Assembly (NCBI RefSeq): GCF_006345805.1
Contig: NC_042999.1
Coordinates: 43,896,001-43,960,000 of the forward strand
From: Octopus sinensis
Lineage: Eukaryota
Direction of reading: 5' to 3'
DNA: 64,000 nucleotides
The notes beneath the pieces are model-generated. The model was not told the origin of the DNA and did no database searches. It worked only from the letters and a program-made list of their open reading frames with translations. Positions within the stretch are counted from its first letter, which is position 1, and every line of letters begins with the position of its first letter. Below, piece after piece: positions 13,657 to 26,399 of this stretch. Position numbers and translations under genes: made by a program.

Positions 13657-16163
13657 CTTTTCTTTATTAACCATGTAGGTTTAAATATATAGAGGGCGAA
13701 AACAAGGACAGACGAAGAGACAAGGGGTCGGGGATCAAATGGGGTTGACAGAGTGAAGGATGAACGTTTTAAAAATTACAAAATTTATATTAACAAAGTA
13801 AAAAATCGAATGTTAAAACAAAGGTGAAGCGGAGGACGTGGGTGACCCCACAAACCACGTTCTCACACTGAAAACTTTATTTTTTCCCTTTTGTGTTCTC
13901 GCTTAAACAGGTGCATTCACTCTCAACACACTTGCCACAGTCTTACATCTTTTCCGAAACACACCGTACGACAGGCATTTCTTCTCCAGCTTTATTTTTC
14001 TTTTCATATGGAAAAGGAAAAAGTCAACCAATCCAAGGCTGGAGATAAAAATGCCCGTCACAATCCCTTTCACTCTCGTCTTCCACACACCTTCTTTCGC
14101 GATAGCTACTACCGAGAGAAAACAGGCCTGCTCTTCCCTGTTACGGGAGGGTGGCGAAATGATCTTAATTATAAATTCGGACGACAGTTGTACACCTCTT
14201 AGATATCACAGTAGATGTCCGACATAAGCCCAGAGTTCCGAATTCTCCGGACAATTGCATGCAGAACAGTTTCACTGTTCTTCCCGCATCTTGGACAAGC
14301 TGACGAAGACGCAGAACCATGTCTAAAGAGCTTATCCCGAGCAGGTAAAGCACCTCTGTAACACTGCCATGCCAGGGACTTCTCATAATTGTCTATAGGC
14401 CCTGGCCCGAATGTCCGTCGGTACAGGCTGGCGAGTTGACCTTTGTCGAAGCCCAGGGTTTCTCCCAGGACGTCGTCACACTTGAACAATATCAACCCTC
14501 TAGAAGGACGAGGTGGAACCCCCGCCACCGGTGTTGCCCGACTGAGAGAGAAGCACGAGTGCCTGACAACACTGTATGCCAAGCCCCCAATCTCGGACTA
14601 CGCTTGATCCATGGGTCCAGTTCAGTAAAAGATGTGAACCGTGGAAATAACAGTTTGACAAACGGAGACCACACCTGTTCACCGTCCAGGTAAAGCCAGA
14701 GGTGCCTAAGCTCTGCGCATTATTAGCCACGGCATCCCTAGCCCACCCTTCATCGGTTTTTGGCAGCAGATAGGGCGCCTTACAAGGGGTCTCCTGCCCT
14801 TCCACAAAAAGCGGAAGAGCATGCGTTCCAACTTGTTCAGCCACGAATCGGGGCATGGGACGACGGTCAGGCGGTAGGTGATTACAGATGCGATAAACAC
14901 ACCTGCAACCCCCACCCTTCCTTTCAGGGACAGCTTCCGCTTAGACCAGGTCTGAGTTAGGAGAGCCACCCTGCTCGCCACCTCGCTTCAGTTCTTCTCC
15001 ATCTGGAGATCTAGACCTAACCAGATTCCAAGCATTTTCACCGGACCGTCAGTCAAACGTCCCACGACGCTGTCAGACGGCATCGACTTGCCCTTCCAGG
15101 TGCCGAGTTGCAAGCCAACCGATTTATTCTGGTTAATTTTTACTCCTGCCACCGCTTTGTAATGCCTTATGGCCTCCCCCTCCCCCCTGTAGGTGCTCGA
15201 CCCGGAATACAATGACGGTGATGTCGTCCGCGTACGCCGAAACTGATTTTCCGCACCCTAGATCTCGCTGAGTACCCCGCATAGCCTCCAACTTCCTCAG
15301 CAATGGCTCTAGGGCCAAAATGTACAGGAGCAGAGAGAGATGACACCCTTGACGCACCGATCGTTCAATGCAGAACGGCTCCGAAAAGAAACCGTTCACC
15401 TGAACTATCGATCAGATGTTGCTATATAAAGCGGTGATTCACCCACGGAACGTCGGGCCGAAGCCAGCTGTCGCAAGGACCACTGCCAGATACTGATGGT
15501 CAACCCTATCGAACGCTTTTGATTGGTCTAAATGTACCATAGCCCACCTTTGCCAGGAATTCTATTTACCCTCTCTAAGGCATAGCGGAGAAAGTGGAGA
15601 TTGTCGTGGACAGACCTGCCAGGGATGACACATGTTTGCGCCTCTCCGACAAGTCCACTAACGACCCGCGCCAATCTTTTTGCTAAAACCTTGGCCGAAA
15701 TCTTTAACTCTGCGTTAAGCAGAGTAATGGACCGAAAATTATCAGTTAAGTCCTCCTTGTCTGGGTCCTTTCTTAGCAGCGTCACAACCCCCCCCTCGGG
15801 TCACAGACTTGGGAATCCTCCCATTCTGCTGCCAGTTGGTATAGACGCATGCAAGTATGTGTTCAAACAAGTCTGGCATACTACAATACAGTTCATAGGG
15901 TAGACCATCAAGTCCCGGCGACTTGTCCCTACCGCAATCTGATAATACTTCCTCCACCTCCGTAGCTGTGATCGGCCCTTCACAAGATTCCGCTTCCCGC
16001 CCCGAGAGACACGGCGAACCGGTGAGGAAGTTTACGAGGTCCTCCCTGCGTTCCGGTCCGCCGCCCCTTCCGTAAAGCTGGGTTAATGCTTGTGAAACAC
16101 CTTGCACATCTCGGGTTCATTTACTGAACGACCATGTGGGTCCGTTAAAGACCGTATGGTTGA
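13657..16163 (-). mobile_element. 5'-truncated, frameshifted Tx1/L1-clade LINE (ORF2 RT and C-terminal CCHC-type motif) with 15-bp TSD
   Basis: ORF pieces KSPGLDGLPYELY, NFRSITLLNAELKISAKVLAKRL, SVRQGCHLSLLLYILALEPLLRKL, SAYADDITV, LSLKGRV, KGGLGMP, CPRCGKNSETVLHAI; TSD gtgtgtgtgtaaact at 13642-13656 and 16164-16178. Confidence 0.93.
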
Positions 16164-16953
16164 GTGTGTGTGTAAACTATAAAAAGGCAGGTGGTATGAG
16201 AGGTGAATATAATTATATATTTAACCATTTGTTATCCTTAGGGTTACAGCCGTTTCATAGCCTTCTTCAAGTAACAATAATTTTAGCGTACAATAAGTTA
16301 CGTTTATTTGTTTGCACTAATACAATACATTGTAAACAATTTCCAAATCAATGCAGATAAAGAAAGCTGGCTCATCAAATCACAAGAACATCGTGATTAC
16401 ACCAATGTTTCAACTCTAAGTGTACAAACATTTTTTCTTTATATATACAATGTATGGAAGACACTGCATTATACTTCTCTGCATTAGATTGTCGTGTGGT
16501 CCATTAGCCGAGTCCGCTACAGGAGCTTTCTGTGATAGTCACACTATTCTATGAAGCCATATATTACACTACAAATATATATAATGATCGCCTTTCAAAG
16601 CAAGGACTGATGGGTTTTAAAATATTTCCCGTATTTGATGCTATATATATATATATATATACTAGACCGCATCCAGATAATGGACACTTGATTGATTGGC
16701 ATCAATTTATATGCATATATATTCTACCTCTGTCCAAATGCGTACTAACTTTCCCCTCTTCCTTCTCTACCGAATATTTTAAAACCACCACGCCTTTCTT
16801 TAATAGGCTATCATTATCTAGACTAGATATTTCAACAATAAGTCTGTTTTAAAACTGCTGAACTGATTTCAGCCTATAAATGCATTATTCATTATGTGAA
16901 TTCTTTTTAAATAGTTGAAACCATTAATCTCACAATATGCCATCAACAGACTA

Positions 16954-17168
16954 AGGCAGCGTGCAGGCAGAATCGTTAGCAGGCAGAATACGCTTAGCAT
17001 TATTTCGACTGTCTTTACGTTCCGAGTTCAAATTCCGCCGAAGTCGACTTTGCCTTTCATCCTTTCGGGGGTTGATAAATTAAGTACCCGTTGCGTACTG
17101 GGGTAGATCTAATCGACTGCCCCCCCTTCCCCAAAAATTTCGGGCCCTGTGCCTAGAGTAGAAAAGAA
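16954..17168 (+). mobile_element. OK-like SINE (family A), alternative tail
   Basis: gagttcaaattccgccgaagtcgactttgcctttcatcctttcgggg...aaaatttcgggccctgtgcctagagtagaaaag. Confidence 0.85.
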
Positions 17169-17169
17169 G

Positions 17170-17315
17170 AGTTCCTAGCTTCGAGGGCATCGCGAAAGGT
17201 CTGGTTGGAGGCCTATCTTTCGAGTTATTTTACAAGGCTTAGAAAAACTGAAGGACTGCTTCAATAAGTGTGTAAATGTGAGAGAGGAATATGTTGAATA
17301 AAATCATAATTAACA
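17170..17315 (+). mobile_element. Mariner transposase C-terminal remnant
   Basis: GLEKLKDCFNKCVNVREEYVE* resembles the mariner end GI.KL..RW.KC....GEYVE. Confidence 0.55.
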
Positions 17316-18739
17316 AGGATAGTAATTTTGTGGGAGCGGATGAGTCGATTCAACTGGTACTCATTTTATCAAACCGGAAAGGATGAAAGGTAAAGTCGAC
17401 CTAGGCGGAATTTGATAATAATGATAATAATATTTACTGTTTATACTTTCTATTGTGTAAAGGTTGGATTGCATAATCTGATAGCAATTACAACAAGAAA
17501 AGTAAGATAGGTGAAGGGCAAATAGTTTATAAGGATTATGAAATAGCCTTGAAGGAAACGATAGTAACGATAACAAAATTTGACGTCATAGCCTCTTATT
17601 TTTGTACTTCACATGTGACGTCCAGTTGTAATCGGTGGCGATGTAATTGGTTCAAGTGTTATCAGTTTGACATTGTACTTTTTTAACAAATGAAATTTAG
17701 GATAAATTCAAGCACTGTGGGCGAAGCTTTGGCTTTATGCTTTTTTTTTCTCTCGTCTTTACATTAGCACAAGGCCTCACATTCGTCGGAGAGAAGATTT
17801 GGCTTGCCTTGGACGTTCAGCTCCTTTTAGAGTCGTAGTTGTTGCCATTGTGACACATGACGTATCCTGAAAAAATTTTTAGCTTTGACGAAGCCCATCC
17901 GTCTCCAAGTTTGAACAAAGACAATTTATCCTCCTCCCCGCCCCCAATATAATAAGGAAGAATAGACTTCTTCAAAGTAAGGGAGGCGTAAAAGAGAAGA
18001 ACTGACTCCAGTAGAGTACAGTTGTATTAATTTTTAACTCCGAAAGAATAAAAAGTAAAATATAACAGTGGTGGTATTTGTACTCAGACCAGATAAAATC
18101 GGGACGAATATCGCAAGCGACATTATAACAACTTGACCAAACTCATCTCAGAAGAAAAAAGCGTCGTAGATTAAAACATATCTCAGTATTTCACGGCAGC
18201 ATATTTGTCAAGTAGAGAAAGGATGATATGCATAACTAATCTCGGTGGAATACAACCTCAGAATGTAAGAGAACGTAATTAAATACCACAAGGCATTTTT
18301 CCTGTGCTCTAACGGTTCTACCACTCCTTCTCCCGAATAACTTTGCCAACATGCTGTCACACCTTGGTGCAGATGTGTTGTCAACTTAATCGACCCTACT
18401 ATCTGACAGGTAGTTTTCCTATCAACTTTGACAGGATTTGAACTCAGTTTCTAAAGAGAGGTGGTTATATATCGAAGCTTTACCGTTTCCATGTTAAGAT
18501 TTCTAACAGCGGTACAAGTTCGCACAATCTGAAGGGAGGATATACTCGATCAGATCACCCATAGTTCTTAACTGGTACTCGCTTTATCGACACTGGAAGG
18601 ATGAAAGCCTAAAAGGACACCACTGAAACTTGAACTAAGAACATAGAGAACAATAGCAGAGCAATTTGTTCAGTACTTTACTGAATGTGCAACCCCACCG
18701 CAATGCAATTTTATATTAATAATATTCAGAGGCAGGGCA

Positions 18740-18955
18740 AGGCGGCGAGCTGGCAGAAACGTTAGCACGCCAGACAAAAGTACTTGCCACTATTTCGTTC
18801 CTTTTCACGTTCTGATTTCAAATTCTGCCAGGTCGTATTTGCTTTTCATCTTTTTGGGGTCGATAAAATAAGTACCTGTTGAACACTGGCGTCGATGTAA
18901 CTGACTTACACCCCTCCCCTGAAATTGCTGACCTTGTGTCAAAATTTGAAATCAA
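18740..18955 (+). mobile_element. OK-like SINE (family A), older tail; preceded by several eroded antisense copies (~18000-18700)
   Basis: ggcggcgagctggcagaaacgttagcacgcc head; ccttgtgtcaaaatttgaaa tail. Confidence 0.85.
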
Positions 18956-19128
18956 TAATATCCAAAAGAAGTTGACAAAGAAATTTAAATGTCGAAAATC
19001 CTAAGTTCAACACATCTTTTTTTATGACTCAGTCATGTGAAAGATGGTGATGTTCTCATGACTTTCACGGGCAGCCCAAGACTGGTGAGATCGATAGAGT
19101 ATATGTTCACCTTTTGGAGTAAGTGAAA

Positions 19129-19202
19129 TTGGATCAAATGAGAGTTTCCAGAAGCTTATTGCCCTTTGGATCAAATGAGAGTTTCCAGAAGCTTATTGCC
19201 CT
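19129..19202. repeat. Perfect 37-bp direct tandem duplication
   Basis: ttggatcaaatgagagtttccagaagcttattgccct x2. Confidence 0.95.
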
Positions 19203-20329
19203 TCTATAGCACTTAACGCAATACTCAGTTATTGGCTCTTATTTTATCGACCACAAAAATAGATAGATAAAAATGCAATGAATTGGCAGTCATTAGAGCG
19301 TCGGACAGAATGCCTTGTCGTATTTGTTCCAACTCCCTACACTCTAAATTCAAATCTTATCAAGTTGAACTTTACCTTCCTTTCCCTTAGGGTTAACAAA
19401 ATAGTAATTCAGGGTTGATTTCTCTTCTTCTTCTCCTCCTCCTCCTCCTCCTCTCTCTCTATCTAGAAGAAATTGCTTGTTGTTAGATCTAGAGAGGGAT
19501 GATTACCACCAGGTTTAGAAAACCAATACACATCCCGTGTTACTACGGTGCCCCTGCGATTCCATCGGTAGTTTAGGCCTGGAAGCAAAGCAGAGCGTGG
19601 TATCAACACTGAAAAGCAAAGTTGACTATAAACAACACAAAGATTTAAACTCATAGCTATAAAAACAAAATTAAATATTGTAAATTATGATTTCGCACCT
19701 TTGTGAGAAACCTGTGCAGAATAATAAAATTAACATTCTCAAAACAGAATGAGTCTTTGTGCTAAGTGAAACCAATATGATGCAATTTATTTGTTCACAG
19801 AGAGCAGCATTTGTTCTCTTGGACTTCGGAGTTTTACTTCAATAAAATTAAAGAGATGAATGGCTTTCTCAATCTGCATGCCCCCACCCAATCTGTTCGG
19901 TAGCCAAACAATTATCTGAAAAATGATCATTGCCAAATGATTAAGTGCATATATTATTAGTCATGTTGTACATGGAAAACTTCCAGCACACCACTACAAA
20001 ATCTCAAATACGAGTGCGTGCAAATTATATATTCACTTTTAAAAAATAAATGCGGTAAACTCCGAAGCAGTTTTATTTTAGTGATTGTCGCATGGTTCAG
20101 TTTTTTCACCCTGAAAGCACACCAGTTATTGTCCAATCACCGAAGTTAAACAACGTCAAGCTTAGATGTGACTTAAGATAGGAGATGGAAGAAAATCATT
20201 ACTTTTCGATTTATCATATTCGTTTTAACGTGTTTCGGTGCAGACATGGCTGATATGGTTAAAACGTTAGCCTCGCGACTACGTTGTTTTCGATTCAGTT
20301 CCATTGCGCGGCATCTTGGGCAAGTGGGT

Positions 20330-21197
20330 ACTAATTAAGAAGAGTGGTCCCGGTGCGCGCACTCGCGTACTCACGCATCCGCGCTAGCTAGTCGTGATTA
20401 GTCGATCCTTACTTTGTGTTTTTGTGTTTTATTTACTTTGTTTAAAAAAATTATTTACTTTGTATTTTTGTGTATTATTTACTTTGTTTTAAAAAATTAT
20501 TTACTTTATGTAAAAATATTATTTATTTTGTGTTTTATTTACTTTGCTAGGTAATCATTGTAGGATCGACTAGTCACGAAAAATAAAAGTTTTTTACGGA
20601 AATCAACGATCATATATAAACAAATACACGTGGTCAGTTGACGTAAAATACTCTAGAACCATAAGATTGCCGGATCTTTTCAATTCTGAAGCCAGGACCA
20701 CAGATCTTTCTACTTAACTAAATAATCTGAAACTTCGTATGCTGATAGAGTCTAGCAAAACAAGACACAGGTTGGAACTAGTTTATTTGAGAAAAATCTA
20801 TTTTATGAATTTAATCGTAGATTAAAACTGCGAATTTTAACCAATCAGATTGTTTGTTTTCATGTGTAAAACTTGACTGCATTCTATTAGTGTGACGTAG
20901 AAAGCGCTTTTGTGACGTACTAACGTTCGGAAAACTGTAAACAAACACAGAACGTAACGGCAGACGAAATACGGCTACGCATTTCGCCCGGCGTGCTAAC
21001 GTTTCTGCCAGCTCTTTGCTTTTTTAATATTAAATTTCGGCGAAGTTTCGCTTGTCGTAGCACAAGTTTTCCGTCGATTTCCGTAAAAAACTTTTATTTT
21101 TTTACATAAGTAATGAGAGCGAAAGAGACTAAGAGGAAGCGATTTTATGACGAGGGAAGTTTGTCTTTGAAGTTACCGTCTAGGGGAAGCATTGATG

Positions 21198-21239
<42 letters not shown>

Positions 21240-22206
21240 ATGGGGTGTGGGAGACAGTATGTTGTGTAAGTGAAGTGCTTCTGTTAGTGTGTGTGAAGAG
21301 ACAGAGAGAGTAATGTGTGAAAGAGAGAGATAACTGAAATTTTTTACTCGGTGTATGTGTATATGTATGTCTGCATGTATGTGTGTGTGTGTATGTATCT
21401 ATGTATGTATGGCCGATTCATCGTAATTACGATGAATCGGCCATACATACATATACACACACACATACATACACACACACACATACTTACACATACATAC
21501 ACACACACATACATGCAGACATACATATACACATACACCGAGTAAAAAATTTCAGTTATCTCTCTCTTTCACACATTACTCTCTCTGTCTCTTCACACAC
21601 ACTAACAGAAGCACTTCACTTACACAACATACTGTCTCCCACACCCCATCAAACACACACACACACACATGTACATCAATGCTTCCCCTAGACGGTAACT
21701 TCAAAGACAAACTTCCCTCGTCATAAAATCGCTTCCTCTTAGTCTCTTTCGCTCTCATTACTTATGTAAAAAAATAAAACGAAAGCAAGTACTAACAGAA
21801 TGGAAACATTTTCAATTTAATACATGTGGCTTATTAACTAGTTTTAAATATTGTTATTAGAAGGTGGCTGACTATAGGATCCTGGAAACATGAGTACGTT
21901 AAATAATACATTTAAGATGTTTAATACGTCACGAAATTGGTGGTCGAGACGGAGTAAATAAAATAAAGCCGAATGACGGAATATCATTGGTTAAAATTCT
22001 AATTATTAAACAACGTTAAACTTAGAAGTTACAATTCCGTTTTCATTCTGGTTTACAATTAAGTTTACTTTTGACACATTCTACCAGTATACGAAGTTTC
22101 AAATTGTTTGGTTCAGTAGGAAAAATTTGAAAAAACTGGCTTCAGAATAGAAAAGGTCCAGATTGCCTAATGTTTGGATACAAATCCTTCATCTTATAAA
22201 AATAAG
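20330..22206 (-). mobile_element. Non-autonomous Helitron-like element containing tandem repeats and large inverted repeats
   Basis: Interrupts a SINE head at ~20328; GC-rich hairpin-like block next to a TTAG|T terminus on the minus strand; AT-rich tandem units at 20410-20545; subterminal gaagtttcaaattgtttggttcagtag and cttataaaaataag at the other end. Confidence 0.5.
21092..21779. repeat. ~690-bp spacer-less palindrome
   Basis: Centre ggccgattcatcgtaa|ttacgatgaatcggcc at 21426/21427; mirrored ORFs 21113 (+) and 21758 (-) confirm arm identity apart from microsatellite lengths. Confidence 0.97.
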
Positions 22207-23054
22207 CAGGAAAAATTATAAAAAAGAATGACATGTCTGTGTTGTTAAGAAGCTCACTTTGCAAACAACGTGGTTTTGGGTTCAGTCCCACTGTAGACCA
22301 CTATGGGCTAGTTTTTTTTTTCTACTATGGATAGCTCCGGGCCGACCAGTACTTTGTAAGTAAAATTGGTAGGCGGGACCAGTGTGAAAACTCGTCGTGT
22401 GTGTGTATGCACATGTATCTCTATCTGTGTTTGTTATATACCCCAGCCACCGCTTGACAATTGGTGTTGATTTGCTTGTGTCCCCGTAACATATCGGTTC
22501 GGCAAATGGGGTCAACAGAATGAGTGCCGGTTTTAAAGTTTTAAAAAAACAACATAAATACTGGAGTCGATTCGTTCAACTAAAAGCTTTTTAAGCAGTG
22601 CCCCAGCATGGCCGCAGTCCAAGGTCTGAAACAAGGAAAAGATAAAAACGAGATATTTATTATCTTCCCAATGGAATTAGCTTTACAGGAATAGTCAAAT
22701 GATATCAAATTGGAGTCGAAACCAGATATTGAACTCTGCACACCACGAGAACACCGTAAAGCATACCCGTCGCTAAGGGGTCGCATTGGACGTCACTGAC
22801 CCCTTTACTATTCAATGGTGCACCCTCAGATTACAAAAATCTTCCCTCAATACGTTTCTTGAAGCCTAACTAATTTTTCTTCTTAAACTAGAACGAAAAA
22901 TCATTTCAAAACAATAAACCATTTGATTCAAAGGGACTGATCAAAAATTCCCCAGGGAAATAATAAAATAGAGGAAATGATGCTGAAGGAAAGAAAAAAA
23001 AAAAGAAAAAACGAAAAACAGCGTCAACACACACATACACACAAGAACATGTTC

Positions 23055-23287
23055 TTTTATCTTTTTTTTTTTTTATTTGTTTCAGTCATTTGACTGAGGC
23101 CATGCTGGAGCACCGCCTTTAGTCGAGAAAATCGATCCCAGGACTTATTCTTTGTAAGCCTAGTACTTATTCTATCGGTCTCTCTTGCCGAACTGCTAAG
23201 TTATAGGGATGTAAACACACCAGCATCGTTTGTCAAGCGATATTGGGGGGACAAACACAGACACACAAACATATACATACACACTCG

Positions 23288-23345
<58 letters not shown>

Positions 23346-23510
23346 CGATAAGCTTCTTTCAGTTTGTGTCTACCAAATCCACTCACAAGGCTTTGGTAGG
23401 CCCGAGGCTATAGTAGAAGACACTTGCCCAAGGTGCCACGCAGTGGGACTGAACCCGGAACCTTGTGATTGGTAAGCAAGCTACGTACAACACAGCTACT
23501 CCTGCCCCTG
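23055..23510 (-). mobile_element. Family B SINE
   Basis: Full reverse-complement copy with an internal (CA)n tract. Confidence 0.9.
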
Positions 23511-23764
23511 TATTTATTAATTATTTTTTACACTTTATCAATACTCTGCTTCTGATCTCATCTATACAAACATCTCTTCTTTATTTAACTTAAACCCTAC
23601 CTTAAAACCTTAAGCAATACATCTTAACAAATTGCAAGTTTCGGGGTTGATAAAATAAGTACGTACATATTGAACACTGGGATCGATGTAAGTGACTAGC
23701 CCCCCCCCCAACTTCCACCCTCCAAAATTTCAAGCTTGGTGCCAAAAGCTGTAAAGATTTTTTT

Positions 23765-24150
23765 AAGGCGGCGAGCTGGCAGAATCGTTAGCACACCAGG
23801 CAAAATGCTCAGCGTTATTTCGTCTGCTGTTACGTTCTGAGTTCAAATTCTGCTGAGGTTGACTTTGCCTTTCATCCTTTCGGGGTCGATAAATAAAGTA
23901 CCAGTTATGCACTGGGGTCGATGTAATCCCTTTGTCTGTCCTTGTCTGTCCTGTGTGTAGCCCCTTGTGGGCAATAAAGAAATAGGTATTTCTTCTGGTT
24001 TTATGGTCTGAGTTAAAATGCTGCCGATATCGACTTTGCCTGTCATTCTTTCGGAGTTGATGAAATAAGTACGAAGTTAAGTACGGGCATCAATGTAATC
24101 AACTAGCTCCCTCCCCTAAAATCTCAGGCCCTATGTCTATAAGTAGAACG
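23765..24150 (+). mobile_element. Nested/tandem family A SINEs
   Basis: Copy ending aataaagaaata is followed directly by ggtatttcttctg... the remainder of an older copy. Confidence 0.8.
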
Positions 24151-26204
24151 ATTCACTGTTGGTAGGCGATGGCTGATACACCTAAAAAAAGTGGTGTGTA
24201 TTTTTTTCCTAACTCCATAACACAACTGTCACTGTTGAGTCATGACTTATCCTTAGTACTCACTGCTTCTCAAATATGTTAACCAAATAATTTTTATGGT
24301 TCAGTGATTTTATTCTGACAGAAAGTGTTATGTGCTGTGGTGGGATAGCAAATCTACAGAAATTCCTTGCTAAATGAAGCATGTTACCATTCTTTTTTTT
24401 TCTGTTTTTCTTTTATAGTGAGATCAGATTAACAGTAGAGTCAAGATAAGTTTACTTTGGATTTCGGTTTATTCTTATTGTTTAGTACATGTTGAAAAGA
24501 ATATTTTCTCTTTTCAGTCTGTTAACATTCAAATATATCAACAAGAAGAAAGAAATAGTAATAATGAAAGTAAATTTCATCATTTCAGTTCATGACTAAG
24601 TGGATAATAATATTAAGTGTGTTTAAGCGAAATAATTGATATGTGTGAAAATTGGTTTTCAAGTTCAATTAAGTCCCAATTTTGTTATATAAATATAAAG
24701 GTTTAATATTTTCTCACGAACCTCATATCGCTATGAAATGGATGTCTTTTGTTTATTTGGGTATTTTTTTCGTTGCAGTTTGAGCATTCTAAGTTCAATA
24801 CCTGTGCAAGTTGGTTTTGTTTTTCATCATTACGAAATCTATAAAATAAATGATGCAGCACGGATTTTTGTCAGTGAACAGGTCGCGGTCTTATAGCGAT
24901 GAAAATATTTTGACAAATTAAACTTAAATGTTGAAGAGAATCAAACGGCTTTTGTATGTTTCTTAAATGGCTTACAAACACCTTCCACACTGCAATTGTT
25001 TTCGTTTCAGCACACGATCTCAGATCAAATCACTTGCTATGCAAGTACATCTCCATAAATAAAATAAATATCGACAAGTTTTATACTTTTATACAGTATT
25101 GGTAAACTTGTATCTTTTATATTAATATACAGGTGCCTGTATTTTGTTTCATCATCTTTTATTTTTTACTCATTTCAGTAATAGTCCTATTACCAATACT
25201 GTACCGTGCAAGATACTAACCCATGCAAGGTACTAACCTGTGCTATGTACCAGTAGACTAAAATGGCGGCTGCAGGAATTTGAAGTTCCAGCTCGTAACT
25301 TAGTGCGGACCATAAAAGGTTCCAGACCATCAATATCTGGAAGATTTGTCAAAGATTGAAGTCATAATACCAAAAATGACACTTCGAATGTTGTTTGATA
25401 CCACTGTGCAATACCAGTATAAGTCTTTATTCATTCATTCTTTTAGTGAACCGTGGCCATGATGGAGCACTACTGTTAAGGGTTTAGTCTTCTTCATTCA
25501 ATTTCCGTCTATAAAATGCACTCACAAGATTTGGGCCGACAAGGAGGCTATGGCAGAAGACATATGCCCAAGACACATGTGCAATGGGACTGAACCTGAA
25601 ACCATATTGTCAAGAAGCAAATTTCTTACCACACAACTATACCTGTACCTGATTATTTAAGTAAATTTGATATTTGTTTAATAAAATATAACTACTCTTC
25701 GTTCGGAAAAATCAATGGATCTTTTCAATCTCGCCTTTCGAACCAAAGGTTCCGAAAAATTGATGCTGCACCTGTATTTCTGAACAGTCAATTAACCACT
25801 TTGAGCCTTTTCTCTTTCGTTTGTCTGCAGACAGGTAACTTAATCTTTTGTTAGCTAATAATAATAGTAATAATAACCAGAGGAAATGTCTGCTAATCAT
25901 TTGGTTAATGGTAGTAAATGGAAAATCTCTGAAGTTGTCAGTGAATGGGAATAGATTAATTAACTGGTGTCCATTCTATTGATTCTCTTTTCAATAACAT
26001 TCCTTTATTCAATATATATTTGCGTGTTTGAGTGCGTGTGTATTAATTTGTATATGTATGTGTGTATATACATAAATATGTACATATATACGCATATATG
26101 TATGTATCTATGCATATACGCGTTTATGTAAACATACATATATATGCGCAAGCATGTATGTACATACATATATATATATGTATGTATAATTATATATATA
26201 TATA

Positions 26205-26358
26205 CGAGTGGCTGTGTGGTAAGTAGCTTGCTTACCAACCACATAGTTCCGGGTTCAGTCCCACTGCATGGTACCTTGGGCGAGTGTCTTCTACTATACC
26301 CTCAGGCAGACCAAAGCCTTGTGAGTGGATTTGGTAGACGGTAACTGAAAGAAGCCCG

Positions 26359-26399
<41 letters not shown>

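Noticed and set aside
13903-16107. Functional reverse transcriptase gene
   Set aside because: Multiple frameshifts and stops, and no endonuclease or ORF1: a dead 5'-truncated copy.
21113-21758. Paired MRAKETKRKRF ORFs
   Set aside because: Consequence of the palindrome.
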